From: an uncultured Methanosarcinales archaeon
GTDB taxonomy: Archaea; Nanobdellota; Nanobdellia; Woesearchaeales; GW2011-AR4
Length of the DNA: 45,433 nt
Direction: 5' to 3'
NCBI GenBank assembly: GCA_964524225.1
Contig: CAZGEW010000002.1
Span: 1 to 45,433, forward strand
Position numbers and translations under genes: made by a program. Of the stretch, positions 43,595 through 45,433 are shown in pieces. Positions within the stretch are counted from its first letter, which is position 1, and every line of letters starts with the position of its first letter. Below the pieces are notes generated by a model, which saw nothing but the letters and a program-made list of their open reading frames with translations, made no database searches and was not told the origin of the DNA.

Positions 43595-45433
43595 TTATCT
43601 TTTCTCTAACATTTCACTTATAATTCTCTTAATACTCTCTTTATCAATGCCAGCTAATTTTTTCTGTATGTCCGGCTTGCCATGCTCAATAAACTTATCA
43701 GGGATACCTATCCTCTTTACATTAGCCTTAACTCCATTATCTTCCAATAGTTCTAATACAGCAGAACCAAAGCCACCATTAACAGTGCCTTCTTCTAACG
43801 TTATAATATTTTTTATTTTTTTTGCATACTTTAAAATTAATTCTTCGTCTAGTGGCTTAACAAATCTTGCATTGATGACAGTTGCATTGCACTTAAGCTC
43901 CTCCATTGCGTGAATTGCGTCATACAAAATTGGACCAACTCCAAGAATCAATAAGTCTTTTCCTTTCTTTAGTACCTCTCCTTTGCCAATTTCAAGTTTC
44001 TTAAATTCTGAGTCAAGCCCAACTCCTATGCCACTTCCTCTTGGATACCTCAATGAAACAGGCCCCTTCATTAAAGTGGCAGTATAAAGCATATGCTGCA
44101 ATTCATTCTCATCCTTTGGCACCATAATTGTTACATTTGGGATAGCTCTAAAATATGCGATATCAAAAGGTCCATTATGTGTAGGCCCGTCATCTCCTAC
44201 TAATCCAGCTCTGTCTAATGCAAAAATAACACCAAGATTTTGCAGGCAAACATCATGAATGATTTGATCGTATGCACGCTGCAAGAATGTTGAGTAAATT
44301 GCACATACTGGTTTGATTCCAGAAATCGCTAATCCTCCTGCAAATGTAACAGCATGCTGCTCTGCAATTCCAACATCAATTGTTCTGTCTGGAAAATGTT
44401 TTTCAAATTTACTCAACCCTGTCCCAGCTTTCATTGCTGCTGTTATTACAATAATTTTTTTATCTTCTTCTGCAATCCTTATCAAGGCATTTGCAAATGC
44501 ATCAGTATAAGTTATATTTGTAGTTGTTACAAATTTTTGTCCATTTACAGGGTCAAATGGTGACATTCCATGAAATTTATCCATATCTTTTTCAGCAAAC
44601 GCATAGCCCCTCCCTTTCTCTGTTTTGACATGCAGCAAAACAGGACCTGTAAGATGCTTTATATTCTGCAATGCTGGTATAAGCTCGTCAAAGTTGTGAC
44701 CATCTATAGGCCCAAAATACTGAAAGCCAAGACTCTCAAAGAAAACACCTTCACTTGCAATATTCCTTAATCTTTCTTGCATCCAAAAAAATTTGTCAAC
44801 CTCTTCTGGGCCAATTCCTGGTACTTTGTCTAATAGTTTTCTAGTACCTTTTCTTAACCTGAAGTAGCTCGGATGCAGAACTATTTTATTGAGGTAATTA
44901 GATATAGCACCTACATTAGGGGATATACTCATTCTGTTATCATTTAAAATAATAAGCATGTCTGTTTTTGAGGCACCTGCATTATTTAAGCCTTCAAAAG
45001 CTAAGCCTGCTGTTAAAGCTCCATCTCCAACGATAACAACAACTTTATAATCTTCATTATTGTAATCTCTTGCTTTTGCAATGCCTAATGCTGCTGATAT
45101 TGCAGTAGAAGCATGCCCTGCTCCAAAAACATCATATTTTGATTCTTCGATATTACAAAAACCGCATACACCCTTGTATTGCCTTAGGGTATGGAAATTA
45201 TTCCTTCTTCCTGTGACAAGCTTATGAGAATAACTTTGATGACCTGTATCAATCACAATTTTATCTCTAGGTGCGTCATAAACATAATGCACAGCTAACG
45301 TTAATTCTACTGCCCCAAAAGGACCACCTAAATGACCACCATTCTTAGAAACAACTTCTAAAATCTTTTCTCTAATCTCATGAGCAAGCACTTTAAGTTG
45401 CTCTTTACTTAGTTGTTTAAGGTCTTTGGGTGA
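43595..45433 (-). CDS. dxs: 1-deoxy-D-xylulose-5-phosphate synthase (5' end beyond window)
   Basis: GGHLGGPFGAVELTLAVHYVYDAPRDKIVIDTGHQSYSHKLVTGRR and the GDGALTAG ThDP motif. The frame stays open for the 14 codons upstream of the track's start (SPKDLKQLSKEQLK), matching the conserved Dxs N-terminus, so the true start is at or beyond the window edge. Confidence 0.95.
   Translation of the reverse strand, partial: SPKDLKQLSKEQLKVLAHEIREKILEVVSKNGGHLGGPFGAVELTLAVHYVYDAPRDKIVIDTGHQSYSHKLVTGRRNNFHTLRQYKGVCGFCNIEESKYDVFGAGHASTAISAALGIAKARDYNNEDYKVVVIVGDGALTAGLAFEGLNNAGASKTDMLIILNDNRMSISPNVGAISNYLNKIVLHPSYFRLRKGTRKLLDKVPGIGPEEVDKFFWMQERLRNIASEGVFFESLGFQYFGPIDGHNFDELIPALQNIKHLTGPVLLHVKTEKGRGYAFAEKDMDKFHGMSPFDPVNGQKFVTTTNITYTDAFANALIRIAEEDKKIIVITAAMKAGTGLSKFEKHFPDRTIDVGIAEQHAVTFAGGLAISGIKPVCAIYSTFLQRAYDQIIHDVCLQNLGVIFALDRAGLVGDDGPTHNGPFDIAYFRAIPNVTIMVPKDENELQHMLYTATLMKGPVSLRYPRGSGIGVGLDSEFKKLEIGKGEVLKKGKDLLILGVGPILYDAIHAMEELKCNATVINARFVKPLDEELILKYAKKIKNIITLEEGTVNGGFGSAVLELLEDNGVKANVKRIGIPDKFIEHGKPDIQKKLAGIDKESIKRIISEMLEKR

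Noticed and set aside
1-45433. Searched by eye for CRISPR arrays, rRNA genes, transposases and integrases.
   Set aside because: There are no regularly spaced direct repeats. The A/T-tract hairpins are dispersed singly, not repeat-spacer arrays. I found no rRNA-like conserved stretches and no DDE transposase or tyrosine/serine recombinase motifs in any ORF.
27412-45433. Possibility that the window is bacterial, given the MEP pathway, the GlnD-like gene, the subtilisin and hairpin-plus-T-tract terminator-like structures.
   Set aside because: The gene order ftsZ-secE-spt5-rpl11, the archaeal-type Cmk, RibL, Dph6-like and PGI/PMI proteins, the intron-containing tRNAs and TATA boxes near -26 all argue for an archaeal host. 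The bacterial-looking genes are better explained as acquired genes.

Overview
This AT-rich window (hand-counted sample rows of core genes are about 30% G+C) reads as a small-genome, DPANN-like archaeon. Supporting markers are the archaeal ftsZ-secE-spt5-rpl11 string, archaeal-type CMP kinase, PGI/PMI, RibL-type FAD synthase, a Dph6-like PP-loop protein, Lrp/AsnC, a PibD/FlaK-type peptidase, a Rad50-like ATPase, and two intron-containing tRNAs with TATA boxes about 26-33 nt upstream. There are about 50 genes, mostly on the minus strand. Main observations: (1) A complete bacterial-type MEP/DOXP isoprenoid pathway (dxs, dxr, ispDF, ispE, ispG, ispH) lies on one strand across 27.4-45.4 kb, interleaved with addiction/defence-type modules. 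(2) Inside that cluster is a tightly coupled three-gene module: an RHH protein, a 906-aa Zn-ribbon DNA methyltransferase with a C-terminal endonuclease-like domain, and a 564-aa MoxR/MCM-clade AAA+ ATPase. I cannot assign it to a named defence system, and it is my best candidate for an undescribed system. (3) tRNA-Glu(CUC) carries three insertions and tRNA-Pro(GGG) two, and both have an intron at the same T-loop position. (4) A family of perfect 13-15 bp hairpins flanked by A- and T-tracts (AAAAATTTCAA...TTGAAATTTTT) occurs in intergenic regions and inside tRNA introns. (5) Ribosomal protein L11 has a ~100-aa C-terminal extension that looks like a stalk-protein (P1/L12-like) hinge and tail. 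(6) A GT2 glycosyltransferase islet is bounded by a 15-nt duplication of the tRNA-Glu 3' end. (7) An orphan GlnD-like nucleotidyltransferase has an apparently degenerate HD motif. I saw no rRNA, CRISPR array, transposase or integrase. CDS coordinates follow the supplied ORF track, with some starts trimmed. Hand-derived coordinates for RNAs, repeats and hairpins may be off by 1-2 nt.
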